A DNA stretch of 64,000 nt, from contig LVLI01000117.1 of NCBI GenBank assembly GCA_001687465.1, positions 1 to 64,000 of the forward strand. Direction: 5' to 3'. How positions within the stretch are numbered: position 1 is the stretch's first letter; each line of letters opens with the position of its first letter. Positions 24,788 to 37,409 of the stretch are shown here, in pieces. Both the position numbers and the translations under genes were made by a program. This DNA is from Halocafeteria seosinensis. Lineage: Eukaryota. A model generated the notes under the pieces. It was not told where the DNA came from and ran no database searches. It saw only the letters and a list, made by a program, of their open reading frames with translations.

Positions 24788-26050
24788 TTAGTCCTCCTCC
24801 GTATCGCGGTGCCTTGACATACATTTCGCAAACGTGTCAAAGCTAAGATACTGATTGGGCAAAGGCTGCGCATCGGAATCTACGTCCACGCCCATCTCGT
24901 GCAACAACAGCACAATATCCTCGTTGGTGGGCTCAAGCGACAAGTACGCTAAAACTTGACCGAGGATTCTCACGTCAGCCGGTAGGGTTTCGTCCATCGA
25001 TGTCTGTTGCGCAGCTTCAAGGCCTTGCTGCCAGGCTTCGTAGAGCTCGTTGATTTCATCCGAAGTCAAACCACATCTAGTCGCAAGATGCATAAGATGA
25101 GACTGTTGTATAGGTTGATTTTCCTCCTTCTCTGCTTGCTCTAGCGTATATTTCCTTGCATTCGTAATAGCTTCTTCCAAAACTGCATCGGCATTCTTCA
25201 ATTGTAAACTCGGCAGTGTGTCACCATCCTCAATGGAAGTATACATCCCAGCCTTTGGAATATCGTCAACCCATTCACCTTCGTAGTAGCATTGCTTGTC
25301 TGTATAAAAGTACCTCCCGGGACCGTTCTTCATATCGTGATGCCAATTCCCTTCGAATTGGTTACCGTTGGCTGCAAACAACACACGTAATATTAGAGAT
25401 GATTAGAGAGTCTAATAATACCGTGCAGACGTACCGAGTGTCAATATACCATAACCCTCTCTAGCCCCGTTCTTCCACTGCAGTCAACATTAAACAGAGC
25501 ATGCTGCACTTGAGAAAGCATTAATAAACAGCGCACAGCCATGACGTACATCGCCTTCATATTTGTCGCCCGAAGCGTAGTATAAAGCTCCTTTACCATG
25601 TTGCTGTCCGTGAGCGAATTCCCCTTCATATCTATCGCCTCCTTCAAAAAAGAACGTTCCATATCCATGCATCTCATTAAAACTCCATTCCCCATCATAG
25701 CGTTTCACGTAAGACCCGTCACTATCTTTGACAAACAGAGTTCCATGGCCGTGCCGTTTATCATCCTGCCACTGGCCTTCATATCGTTCTCCTGCTTTCT
25801 TCCGCTCTTCTTTGCCGAAGCCGTTGCGCCTGTTATTCTCCCATGCGCCTGTGTAAGTCCCCGTTTCATTGATTTTTGCGTGTTTGGGGTCATTTTCGGT
25901 GCCCGCAATGGCTCGATGTCCAGCTTTAGTTCGGCACCCAGCAGGGCGGCGCTGCTCCACAAAGTGGCAGGGATGACGCACACCGGACTTATTCGCGCTC
26001 TGATCACGCTCCTTTAGCCCTGTGTACCCTAAATGCCTCGAATAGTTCAT
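24788..26050 (-). CDS. MORN-repeat protein (MORN3-like) with degenerate EF-hand-like C-terminus
   Basis: Repeated Y.G.W....R.G.G units; YYEGEWVDDIPKAG...LPSLQLKNA; C-terminal LGQVLAYL..EPT...LSFDTF. Confidence 0.85.
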
Positions 26051-27180
26051 TTCCCGTGTAGGTACGTTGGGACGTCTGAACTTCACAGACAGAGAAAGTT
26101 TATCAATAAACCAATCCTTTGATATGCAACAGTGCACTGATACATTGCTAGACTAGGACACTAAACAACACACACGTATAAGAAGTTTCCGCTTGGTTTC
26201 AGATACACATCATTGCCTTTCAGCTTGTTAGATCTTTTGGCGCGCTTTTACCACCTTCACGTTGAAGTTTGGCGAGGTTGGAATCAAACACTCCTCCTTT
26301 ATGAATCTTTGTGGAACCTACGCGGGGTTTTCAAAGAAGATGGGCATTCCGTATTTTACACACACGATATGATACGAATCAAGCACTGTACAGTATCCAC
26401 CAACGATTTTTCTGCACTGACTACCGATCCTGTATCCATTCCCTTTCATTTCGCTACCTCAAGAGCCACCACACTCATAGACGAAGTTGCAGCGAGGCTG
26501 CGGGAATAGCGATCTCGTCTCTAACACGGGCACATACCGCTTGTCGTTAAAAGGATGCTGGGTTATCTGTCACATGTGTGAGTACAGATAGCCAACTCTT
26601 CCGAGTATCGAAAGATCACTACCTACAAATTTGTACTTGAGGAGTTGTGGAAGAGTCATTTGCTGCTTCTACTGAAGTCCATTGCGGTAAGAAACCTTCA
26701 TATCATGCGTAAGAATTTTTTTTTTGGGTTCATCCGTATTTAGATGTTACGCTCAATATCTTGGGTAACTATCTCGGTCGGTAGAAGCAATACAAAAACA
26801 CGCTCTCATTCCTAGACCAAGATGCGATTTTGGCTGGCACGACAGTAAGTCGACGGATCTATGTGGAACACCAATTTTTATGTCGATCATAGGGGTCATA
26901 CATACGTATGAAGCTAAGTGTCTCTCAAGTTTGGTCTCACTCCCACAACTCATCCACGTAATGTCTGGCCGATGGCTTTCTCGACGCGGTTCACAAAGCT
27001 CCAGGAGTAGCAACTTACCCTGCAGGGCCAGCGTTTTGGCTTCAACACTTCATCACGCGAATGACAGACACTAAATTGATTCTTGCTTGCATTCGCTATC
27101 GAAGGCTGAGTGAAAAGCGCCGTTGTTTCAAAACAAGACGACATGAAGACGACTGTGTAATGCAACTGTAGATAGAACAA

Positions 27181-30100
27181 CTACTGCTGGTGCTGATTGC
27201 GGAGCTTTTTCTTGAGACCGGCGCGGTCCACCTTCCCAGCAAGTCGGCCGTCCTTAAGCCAGCCAACGTGTACCGCTGCGCCCCGTTGACGATTGGCATG
27301 TTCTACAGACTTGTCATAATTGTAGTTAAAGAACAACTGCATTTCAGCAAAGTCATAACAGCCAGTAGGGTTCAGTAATATACAGGAAACTAATACGTAT
27401 TAACGTACTTCTTCATGAGCGTAAATGTGCTTTGCAGCAAAAATACCAATGGCACTCCTTCCGGAAACCGTGAGTTTCCGTGCGTAGCAGTTAGGCGACT
27501 TGCTGTGATTTGCAAAACGCATTTTGTTACCCTTTCTCGTTGCATCCAAACAAACATCGTCGTTTAAATCGAAAATGTAGCTCCGATTCAAGAAATCATA
27601 AATCGACCCCCGCCGTTCCGCCTCAATTTGACTGACTATCTCTCCTTGGTATTCCTCCACAAGCTCTCCTTTTTCAATGTCTTGGCCGGCAAATAATCCA
27701 AACCCGGCATTGGGGATGCTTGATTGGCCTACCAATAAGCGCTGTCAACATAACAAAGGGACAAAGGATTACACAGTAATAACGAGGAATGCAGGCAAAA
27801 TCATTGAGGAACGTACAACTTTTCTGCCAGTTCGCAGATTAACGTTTGAGCAATGCCGCAATAGCACTTTTACCTTCGCTGCATTCCTGTCTGCCGCTCG
27901 CGCGATTGACCTCCACTTTGTAAGGTCCGCAAGTAGTCCAACACCGGAAGAAAACGTTGTTGAGTATCTTTCTTTTTTGATGAGTTTTGCGTTTTCTCCC
28001 GTTGCTCCTTCCTCCTGGTATTCATCTTGTGCACTTCCTCCAGTGGTTGTTTCGAATGTGTTACCATAAGTTACTGGCGCAGCTTTTTTGATAACGTTTG
28101 CGTAGGGCAAACTCTCAACATGTGAGGCCCCACACGCAATCTCAATCGACGTGTGAGCCCCACACCGGTGACACATGTCCGGGTCACACTCCCTGACAGG
28201 CACGCGAATGGACGTTACAACGCTTGAACGAACGGAACGGAATGAGCTGGGGACTTACTTGTCTGAGGCGACGCAGGGACAGCCCTTCGTTCGACAGTTC
28301 GTACCGCATGCGCATCCATGCCATTTATTCAAGCACTCAATACTACACGAGCAAAACTTGCTGCAGAACTGCTGATTCAGCATACAAGCGCATTCGTTTT
28401 CCACAGAGCACGGGCCGACGTGATGGCAGACAACTTCGGCTGGGTATACGCGTTGTGAGATACGCTCATTCACTGCAGAATACTTCCAAAAGAGTACTGT
28501 AAAAGAAACTTTTGGATGAAACGACAAGCACAACTATCACTTACAATGTTTCTTAGCCACACTAGCTTGTCTCGTGCGCATTTTCATAATATCCTGCGGA
28601 GTGCCGAGCTGATAACTGCAAGACTTTATCACCGGAAGGATTGCGTCATCATTCAGGAACGTTTTACTTCCAGACTTAACGGATGGATCGACATGGGAGA
28701 GTACATCCATGGTCAATAGTACGTGGTCAATTGTTCTGCGTCGGACGTATTTAACTGTACGCTTGTCTCGCTGAGTATTAACGGATCCGCTGAAAGGTTC
28801 CGCTGAATTAACAAGCACATGATTGATACTGTTATAAACAAGCGCCCTGACATCCGCATTCAAACTCTCCGGTACGTCTTGCTCCAAATATTTCGAAAGC
28901 TCGGCTTTGTTATAAGGATCATCATCTTCTCCGTCAGTATCTTCATCCTTGGTAGCGCCAGTGTGCCGTTTTCCCTCGTTGGTATTTATTGCATACACAC
29001 TCAGCCCCATTCTTCGAAGCTGAAGGGCCACTTGCCAGCAAGGAATTCGCATTGCCTGCGAAATTGCACAACAGTAGCCTCTGAACATCGCGTGAAGTCT
29101 CCTTAATACTGCAGCCAAGCCAGGAGTCCAGATCAAAACGTTTTCAAGTCTTCTAGACTTTGCACTACGGCCATCCACATTGGGCAACTCGGCGCCAGAC
29201 CTTTTACCCGCGGTGCCTTTCTCCGAAGTCAAGCTCTCGTTACCTTGCCTACACTCCGGGCTATAAAGGAGCTCATCGTGAGTATAACAACTAGGTCCAC
29301 AGCCATTGCCCACGGAAAAGTTACCACTTTGCAGAATGTTTTCCATTGATTGTTGTAAGAGATTGCACGCGTCTCGGATATGCTTCGGATCGCTCGACTC
29401 TCGGATGAACTCATTCCACTTTTCTGCTGTTGGAAGTTGAGCATAGCGATATAATGAGAATTGGTCCCTTAGATCGTCGACTGGGAATGGGCCGTAAAGC
29501 GAGTCTGCGTACATGTACGACTGACGACAAATCTGGGCCTTGAAGACACTCATGGTCCGCCCGTCTGCACGACACCATTCTTCATCATCGAGTGCAATTG
29601 TCGGGTCAAACGTTTCGTCATTCAAATAGTTGCACAGTTGGGCATATCTTAATAAATCATGGTATTCTCTCGAGTTTTTATCGTATAATGCTCGCGAGCG
29701 CTTGTATCTTGCTCCACTAATGGGGACTTTATACGGCGCAGGAAAATCTATACGCATGCTAGGTACTTCTTTGAGGATATCCCATGTCGAAATCGGCAGT
29801 GAGTGGACTGTTTCGTCTAAGCCCTCACCAATTGCTTTTTCTGACCACTTTTTCAGATTCTCCCATTTAAGGTTCCAAAACGTTGCCTCCAAAGGACATT
29901 GGCTAACTGCAAAAATCCACACACCACATAACAAGATGTCAATACACAAGGTCGTGTGGTTTCGCTGATCAACTGCACCTTACAGTTATTGGCTCTGAGG
30001 TTCTGCTTACGCGAATCTACCCGTATGAAGTTCTGATGCTCGAAATTTGCAGACTCGATTAAGCGTTCACTATCAAATTCGATCAGGCTTCGAAGAGCTT

Positions 30101-31308
30101 GACTTCCCAGTTTAGAGGATAGACAGCCGATAAGTGACCGACTCACACCACGTCTAGTCAAGCAAGCGCACGCGATGTACGTCCGCTTGCGAAGAGAGAG
30201 CTGATTTTCCCTCTCGGAAACAAGGTCAGGGCGCAAACTGCACAGCCCCAATTCGTTATTCATTAATTTCATCTTACACAGAAGGAGAGAACAAAAGCTT
30301 ACTTAAGAATATAAACCTCTTCCAGTGGACGGACGTCCTCATTATCACCAAAGTAGGGACAGTACCGCAGTATCGGTTGCTCTCCACCCTGTAGTACCAA
30401 CAACTAGGATCGTCTGAAACGCTACAATCATATTGTGCAACGTCGGAACAGACACTTACCCGAACAGCCGACCCAAGTCGGACAAACGCTTGCATCGGCG
30501 GAGTAGGTGGAACGAAAGGAACCCTCGCTGCTTTCAGCCATACGGTCTCTGACGCACCTTTGTGGTTCGTAACTAATTTAACGGGCTTGGATTGCCTCGT
30601 TGTGGTGCGGTGGTAAGGAGGCATAGTAGGCCCTGCATCGTCCTCGCTCTCGTCAGCGTCATCAGACAAATAATCATCCTCAGAATCAGTAACAGAATCA
30701 GCCGGGGGCATCGGCGGAAACAATTTACTCATGAGTCTTTGTCCGGCCGTGTCTGCCCTTTGGTCAATCGTCTGCCAGGGTGTCGTCTTCTCTTTCTCGC
30801 CAGTGAGTTGCTCGGAAGTCAGCGTAGTTTGAATACTTGCTCTTCTTGAGTGTTTTTTCCCTTGCATCTGTTTCTTATAGTTCATCACTTTATGAAATTG
30901 GTCAATCTTTCTGGATTCAAACACTCTATTGGAGTAGAGCACTCGATTCGCCAACATGATCCTCTGCCAATACCAATGCGTTGTTAGTGGAGATACAAGG
31001 CTAAAACAAAATGCAGCCGAAACAGCCAAACTTACCCGAAGTCTGTCCACATATCTTTGGTCAAATGCATCCGCGTATTGGTTCAGTTCCTCATCCGTGG
31101 GCAGGCCCGGTAGTGAAGTACTTGCCGATACCTTCTCATTCGTCATGGAAACGTCGTCATCTTCCTCCATGCCATTGTAACTGTTCTTCAAGGAGCTATC
31201 ACTATCACCTTCATCTTGGTCTAGCTCAATCACTTCATGTTGTTCGGTATCCATGGTCGATACGCCTATTCCCCTTACTTTAAAGCCCTGAGAGCTCGTT
31301 GTATTCAT
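27181..31308 (-). CDS. EZH: Enhancer-of-zeste-like H3K27 methyltransferase (CXC + SET, PRC2 catalytic subunit), multi-exon
   Basis: Spliced ILRYCPYFGD; SANT-like WTPG...CCAISQ..CWQV; CXC CHHVGPC..C.C...FCSKFCSC...GCAC..CRT..CPC...ECDPDMC; SET EYQGEIVSQ.EAERRG, DATRKGNKMRFANHS..PNC, EE|LFFNY. Confidence 0.92.
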
Positions 31309-31775
31309 TCAAGAGATACACAGTCTCCCACAATACGAAAGGTAGCAACAAGAGACTAAAAACTCGTAATTGGCCCCGAGTAACCAAGGCAAACCTTGTA
31401 AACATCCTCTGTGCTCTTAGTAAATGGCCTGAATCCGACTCGTCCGAGATAAGTAGCAGTTTTGTTTGTTGCTTCTGTGACAGACCAGAGGAACTTCAAC
31501 TTGCCGTGGTGTATAAGGTAGTTCCATTCGATATACACTGCATCTGAATGATTCTCCTATAGTAAAAGTGTGCTGATTGTAGACTGGTACCGCTTAGTCA
31601 TTGATTGCGCACTCAACGTGGTGTGAGACACATTGAGGAGAGGAGAAAAGGCCTGGGTGTTCCCTGTTGAAGCAAGTTTTGCAAGCCCCTACTCGATCGT
31701 TTATATACAGTCGTCTACAGCAAGAGCTGTCGACGCGGCAGAGTGCGAATAATCAGATAATACAAGAAAGATATA

Positions 31776-32506
31776 ATGGCGACTTCTTCAGGTGCTAAAC
31801 AGAGGCTTATTCGGGACTTTAAGAAGCTCACAGCAGACCCTCCGACTGGTGTGAATGCTAGTCCAGTTTCGCAAGAGTAAGTGTATGATACCATAAGGAC
31901 GTCTCATGCTATCAATGATGTCTTATTCTTTCTTATTCAATGGTACCTGCAGTAATATAATGGAATGGCAAGCGGTCATCTTTGGGTAAGTGAGCTGGGA
32001 CAGGTGGTTGTACATTCAGTATACTGTGACGTTTATGATGCAGACCGGACGATACCCCATGGGAAGGCGGAACGTTTAATTTAAGCCTGAGTTTTACCGA
32101 TGACTACCCCAATTCTCCTCCTAAAGTGAAATTTGAGACGAAAATGTTCCATCCCAATAGTACGTACAGTCCACGGCGGGACTCTTGTGAGTAGGAGCTT
32201 CGTTCATATCACATTTTCGTCTCCCGTCATGCAGTATACCAAGATGGGAAAATTTGTTTAGATATATTGCAAAACAATTGGAGTCCTATATACGATGTTA
32301 CAGCTCTGCTCCAGAGCATACAAAGCCTGTTGAGTGACCCGAACACAAGCTCGCCTGCCAATCCTGAGGCGGCCAAGTTATTTGATGAAAATAGGAAAGC
32401 TTACGAGAATAAAGTCAAAGAAATTGTAGAGCAAAGTTGGGAGGAGCTAGAGGAGGAGGAAGAGGATGAAGAAGAAGGAGGAGCGGCCGGAGAAAACACT
32501 CAGTGA
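31776..32506 (+). CDS. RAD6: Ubiquitin-conjugating enzyme RAD6/UBC2 paralog A, 4 exons, acidic tail
   Basis: [59 protein letters not shown]. Confidence 0.93.
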
Positions 32507-33116
32507 AGTTCAGCAGCCGATAAAAGGATGGTTGCTACCTAGTATTTCACCGTATAATACTGCTCGGAAAGATTTCTGAGAAAGGGAAATTAAAGTATTT
32601 TCATATCAATGATGAAGGTATGCGTTGACACGAAAGTAAATGTTAACGAAGAATGCAAAGGCGAACAGGCAAAGACCCGCCTTGGACTGATGGAAGTGTA
32701 GATATGCATGGCAAGCTTGGATGCAGTCTTCTGTAATTGTAGGGTTTTTTCATTCACTCTAGAAAATTTTAAATGGACATAAGCCTGATATTCATTTCAC
32801 GTAGAATATCTTGCGGCACCGCTATGTCTGTATACCGAATCACCAGTCCACGACCTAGGGGCGGTAATTCCAACACCATTACTTCTTGTTGACACCTCAG
32901 CACGTTCACTCCAGGATATGTTAACCTGATCGTAGGTCTCAGACCATTTTCTGTCACGCATAAAACGGAGTTAACAGTATTTCGAGCCGTGCCGACGGAC
33001 AGTACCGTCGGCCAGGAAGGGGAGTGAAAATCCCAGCAGATAACAAGCATCTCATCGGTAAACATAGCTCAGTGAATACTCATGCTCCTGCTTTTTCTTT
33101 CATAAATTGCTGCATT

Positions 33117-33794
33117 TCATCCAGCTCCGTTAGCTACTTCGCTGTCACTAGTATCATTCCCTGCTTCTGAGTCGTCGTCGTCCACATAATCGTCGAGTAT
33201 TAACCAGCTATTCTCCACAATTTCCGCCACTCTCTTATTGTATGCCTGTCTATCAGCATCATATAGTTTCGCTGCCTCAGCGTTCGCGGGTGATCCCGTA
33301 TTAGGATCGCTAAGCAAGCTCTGTATGCTTTGCAACACTGCTGTCACATCGTAAATTGGACTCCACTTGTTCCCCAGGATGTCCAAGCATATTTTTCCAT
33401 CCTGATAAACTGCACACGGAGATTCAGGATCCGGTGAACGATGCGCAACCACTCAATGAACAATTGTAACATTTGTGCTTACTGTTCGGATGGAACATCT
33501 TAGTCACGAATTGTACATCTGGAGGCTTGTTCGGATAGTCTTCAGTGAATTGCATCGTCAATTTGAAGGTCCCTCCTTCCCAAGGCGTATCATCAGGTCT
33601 GACAGGAGGCAAGCATACTTAGTTCCAGTTCGATACTAGCCTAGACCGGCTGGAGTACCGTCTACTTACCCGAATATGACAGCCTGCCAGTCCATCACAT
33701 TGCTGTTGGCAGGAGCTGCATTTACTCCCGCCGGCGGATCGTGTTGTAGCTTCCTGAAATCCCGTAACAGTCTCCTTCGGGCAGCTGTAGACAT
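33117..33794 (-). CDS. RAD6: Ubiquitin-conjugating enzyme RAD6/UBC2 paralog B, 3 exons, acidic tail
   Basis: [67 protein letters not shown]. Confidence 0.95.
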
Positions 33795-34076
33795 TTTATT
33801 TCGGCTGTGTATTGATCAATAAACCCCATGCGTGAGCATGGAACCTGTAAACAATTCCAATCCTCAATTTGAATTTTTGCTGAACAGACATAACACTATG
33901 ATAACAGACGACGATACAATCACAAGTTGGTAGCAATGATGGTTTTGAGTAGTATGTACAGCGAAACGATAAATCTTAGATAAAAATTTATCAATCCTTC
34001 CAGCATCTACCACTTGTCTATGTTCAAAATCATCTGGTAGAATGAATGAATATTAGTGCTGTCTCCCTGAGGAGCC

Positions 34077-34883
34077 ATGGCGGCGCAGCATGTGCTCTAC
34101 GGGCGCTTCATCAAGGGGACCACGTTATCCCATGACTCCAGAGAGCAGAGTTCTTCCATTGCAGCTGAGAACGAGGACCAAGATGATACCGCTGCTCATT
34201 CGCGTGGAAAGGATCTGTATCAGCAGCTACAAGAAGCACAGAGCGCCAGAGGAGGAGCATTAGCTGAGGAGAATTCTGAACACCGCTATCGTGATGATGA
34301 TACAGCTTATACTCGTAGAGACAAGAGCGAGCAGCGGCATACTGAGGAGGGGGAGGAAGACGAAGAGGAAGTTATTGAGGAATCGCAAGGGTTTTACTGT
34401 AGTCTATGTGACGAAGTGATTCAGTCTTCATCAATGAGCTCCCATGCAGCCTCCACTGTGCACATGTTTAACCGCTCCCAGACAGATGGTGTTGCCAAGG
34501 ATAACAGTATCATGATCCCCAGGAGTAATAGAGGCCATGCGCTGCTGAACCGCATGGGTTGGACAGAGGACAGTGGAGAAGGCCTGGGGAAGGATAGACA
34601 GGGTAGACTACTTCCTGTTCCCACAGAGCGAAGACCAGATAACCGAGGAGTGGGAGCGAAACTACCACCAAACTGCAAGAAGCGGGTCACTCATACGCCT
34701 GCATACGTAGAAGGTGTAAACAAATGCGAACCGGAAGAATCTGCCGCCAATAATAAGAAACCGAGGAGACAGAAGAGGTCACAAAATGTGAGAGAGCAAG
34801 AGAAACGGAAGGAACGGAAGATAGCTCGAGAATTTGCTTGGGATTTCGAAGACCAATACGAGTCCATTCTCCGTGGTAGATGA
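34077..34883 (+). CDS. G-patch domain protein with zinc-finger-like motif (GPANK1-like, no ankyrin repeats)
   Basis: YCSLCD...H..STVH followed by NRGHALLNRMGW..GEGLGKDRQGRLLPV...RGVG. Confidence 0.85.
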   Translation: MAAQHVLYGRFIKGTTLSHDSREQSSSIAAENEDQDDTAAHSRGKDLYQQLQEAQSARGGALAEENSEHRYRDDDTAYTRRDKSEQRHTEEGEEDEEEVIEESQGFYCSLCDEVIQSSSMSSHAASTVHMFNRSQTDGVAKDNSIMIPRSNRGHALLNRMGWTEDSGEGLGKDRQGRLLPVPTERRPDNRGVGAKLPPNCKKRVTHTPAYVEGVNKCEPEESAANNKKPRRQKRSQNVREQEKRKERKIAREFAWDFEDQYESILRGR

Positions 34884-35029
34884 AATATGGAAGTATTGTG
34901 TTATGCTATAGTCTGAATACGCAAAAGGATGACACGGCTGACCGCAGTACCGCAGAACTAGACTACGGAGGGATACAATCTAGCGACCACAGATATGTCC
35001 GTCCGAATCAGATTTTGATGTACAGCGCT

Positions 35030-36759
35030 TTACTGTGACCACTTGTTATTCAAATAATTTTGGAAAAGTTCGAAACCACTCTGCGGCGTGAATTGTGGTA
35101 CCCTGCGAAGCTCAAAACATCAAGCTGAAATGCACGACCATTTTACGGCACCATAGGGTAATCTCTACGTACATGTGTCCCGCACCCTTGACAATGACAA
35201 AGTTAAAGTCCTGGGCATATTGAGTCAGATATCCGGCCACCTGCTGATCGTTTCCAGAGCCTGCAGTGTACCATGGGCTCCAACGCTGCACCACTGACAT
35301 GTTCATTCCAGAGGTCCAGGCTTCGTTGTCGGTGAAAGGAACGCATGCGTCAGCGTCACCATTATAAATCGTCACCCTGTAGTTCCCTATGAGGGTTGGG
35401 TAAATGTCGCGAGGCAAGTTTGGTTCCGTTGGAGTGTATGAAATGTTTGCTCCGCACATAGAAAAGTTACCAATTTCACCGGTTGGTTTGGCATGGATAG
35501 CGCTTCTGACTGCGGCGTCATCTAAATAGTTGACAACCTCTGGAGCCTCCATTCCACACTCCAAAGGACCAAATGGAGGTAAATTGGACCTTTCTTCGAT
35601 TCGTTTCTGAATCATTGCCTCCACTTGGCTGGAAGGACGTCGGGAGAATACGCCCGTCTTCCGCTGACGGCTTGCCAATGGAATTTCGCCGTTGATGCAT
35701 TTTCCCAACACCTGCACACAGAACCTCAAATTACATTTATCTTTGATAAATATTCAAACATCATCTGTTCAAAATATTCGTACGTTATAAATATCGATAG
35801 GACCGACTTCAAAAACCATGTCCACGAGCTTCTCAATGCAGTCGATGGTGAAGTTCTTGCACTCTTGCCCAATTTCAGCATGTAACCGAGAGCTGAAGAG
35901 CCCCATTCTGTAAAGATATTCAACATGGATTGGTAGTAGCTGAGTCAAAGAACAAGCCCCGACCTCGGTGCCAGTGCATCCATTTCCAACCATGATCCCT
36001 TTTAAGTTCAGTTTGACCTGACTGTCTGAGGTTTGAGCTTGATGGATCTGGTATGCAAGAGTTGGGATATAAACACCGGCATAGCTCTCTCCTGTAAGGA
36101 AGAGCTCGTTAGCCTGGAACTCGCTGAAGCCCTCGAAGAACTGTATTAGGGCATGGTAGTTGTCGATCGCTGTCGAGGTGTCGTTGTGCACGTATCCTTG
36201 AGAATTTGTTGCGTAACTTAGACCAACACCCGCAGGAGCATCCAACCAAATCATATTAGCAATCTTATTCCATCGCGTGGGCCGCAGCGATAGTTCTCCA
36301 GATTCCTTATCCACCACAAATGGCCCCTGCTCATGGAAGAAGCCATCCATGGATGAGCATCCGGGCCCTCCATTCAACCATAGCACCACTGGGTCAGAAC
36401 TGGGATCATTCTCGCTCTCCACGAACCAATAGTCTGTCCGAACATGAGAAAGCAATTTGTAGCTGTTCATACCACTGGCTCACATAGCTAACTACTGTAC
36501 TTACGCAAATATTTACCGTCACCGACCGCCAGATATCCGGCATACTGTTTGGAGGGTAGCGACTGTTTCCAACCTGTGCCACGTAGCTTGCCCAGAATAA
36601 GTTGTGAATGGAACGTGTATTTTTTGCCAACGTGGACGTACCTGGAAGACTGGAGACCCGATCATCTTCGATAGCACCCTCCGCAAACAAGTCCATGCAC
36701 AACACCACAGCAATGGTAGCTGCTAGAAGGGGTTTCACCATCCCTACTCGTTGCACCAT
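35030..36759 (-). CDS. Serine carboxypeptidase (S10 family), multi-exon, with signal peptide
   Basis: DRVSSLPG, WLNGGPGCSS, catalytic GESYAG, NGDADACVP, GAGHM|VPQ; start at 36759 or 36741. Confidence 0.95.
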
Positions 36760-37409
36760 TAGAATATGATTCCAAGGCAGACGAGGATCACGGCATAGAG
36801 TTGGAGGAAAATTCCAATCCAACACTGTATGTCACGTGCATGTTACGTATCCCGCTTCCAGAAGCGGGGAGTTGTGTGTGATTTTCAAAGCTTACATGCC
36901 GAAGGGACCGGCTCCGAGGAAACTTTGGCTAATTGACCAGAGAAGCTCTGAACTTGTCTTCAGATGTACTCGTGTTGGCCGATTACCCTTCGTAAATGCA
37001 TGATGGTCGATTTGACTCCTCGCATGTTGAAGTTTTCCTCCAGTTCAATGTGTTCAAGGCCCAGACTTCATACCTTCGAGGGACAGGCTAGTCTTGATGT
37101 ATTGTAGTAAAACTGTAGAGTATCGTTCACATGCTGGGAGTTCTGTACTGGTGGGTAGTGATTCTGTGTATGAAAGGGGGAGCAAGAACTTGGAAAACGC
37201 GCGCTGCGACGTGCTTGCGACTGGAGTCATTAAGCCGGAAGTCGTGCACAGAACTTCATACATAGATATTTTCAACGATGCAATCAGTGCACTAGGAGTG
37301 AGGGTCTGAGCTCAATGGATGGTGGAGAGTGAACACAGTGAGCAGGAATAAGCCGAGGCGACCTAATACTTCAAGAATTTACCGGCTATATAAGTGAAGC
37401 AAGCAAAAA

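Noticed and set aside
26051..27180. ~1.1 kb spacer with short ORFs between MORN3-like and E(z); similarly 52098-53146
   Set aside because: I could not build a credible spliced gene or RNA structure; left unannotated.
1920..31035. Several in-frame stopless introns (1920-1985, 16240-16317, 22224-22289, 30964-31035)
   Set aside because: With dozens of ~70-nt introns, a handful of 3n stopless ones is expected by chance; they only make the ORF track read through.
36851..36868. 8-bp inverted repeat CCCGCTTC-CA-GAAGCGGG in a divergent promoter
   Set aside because: Single short palindrome with no second copy or supporting context.
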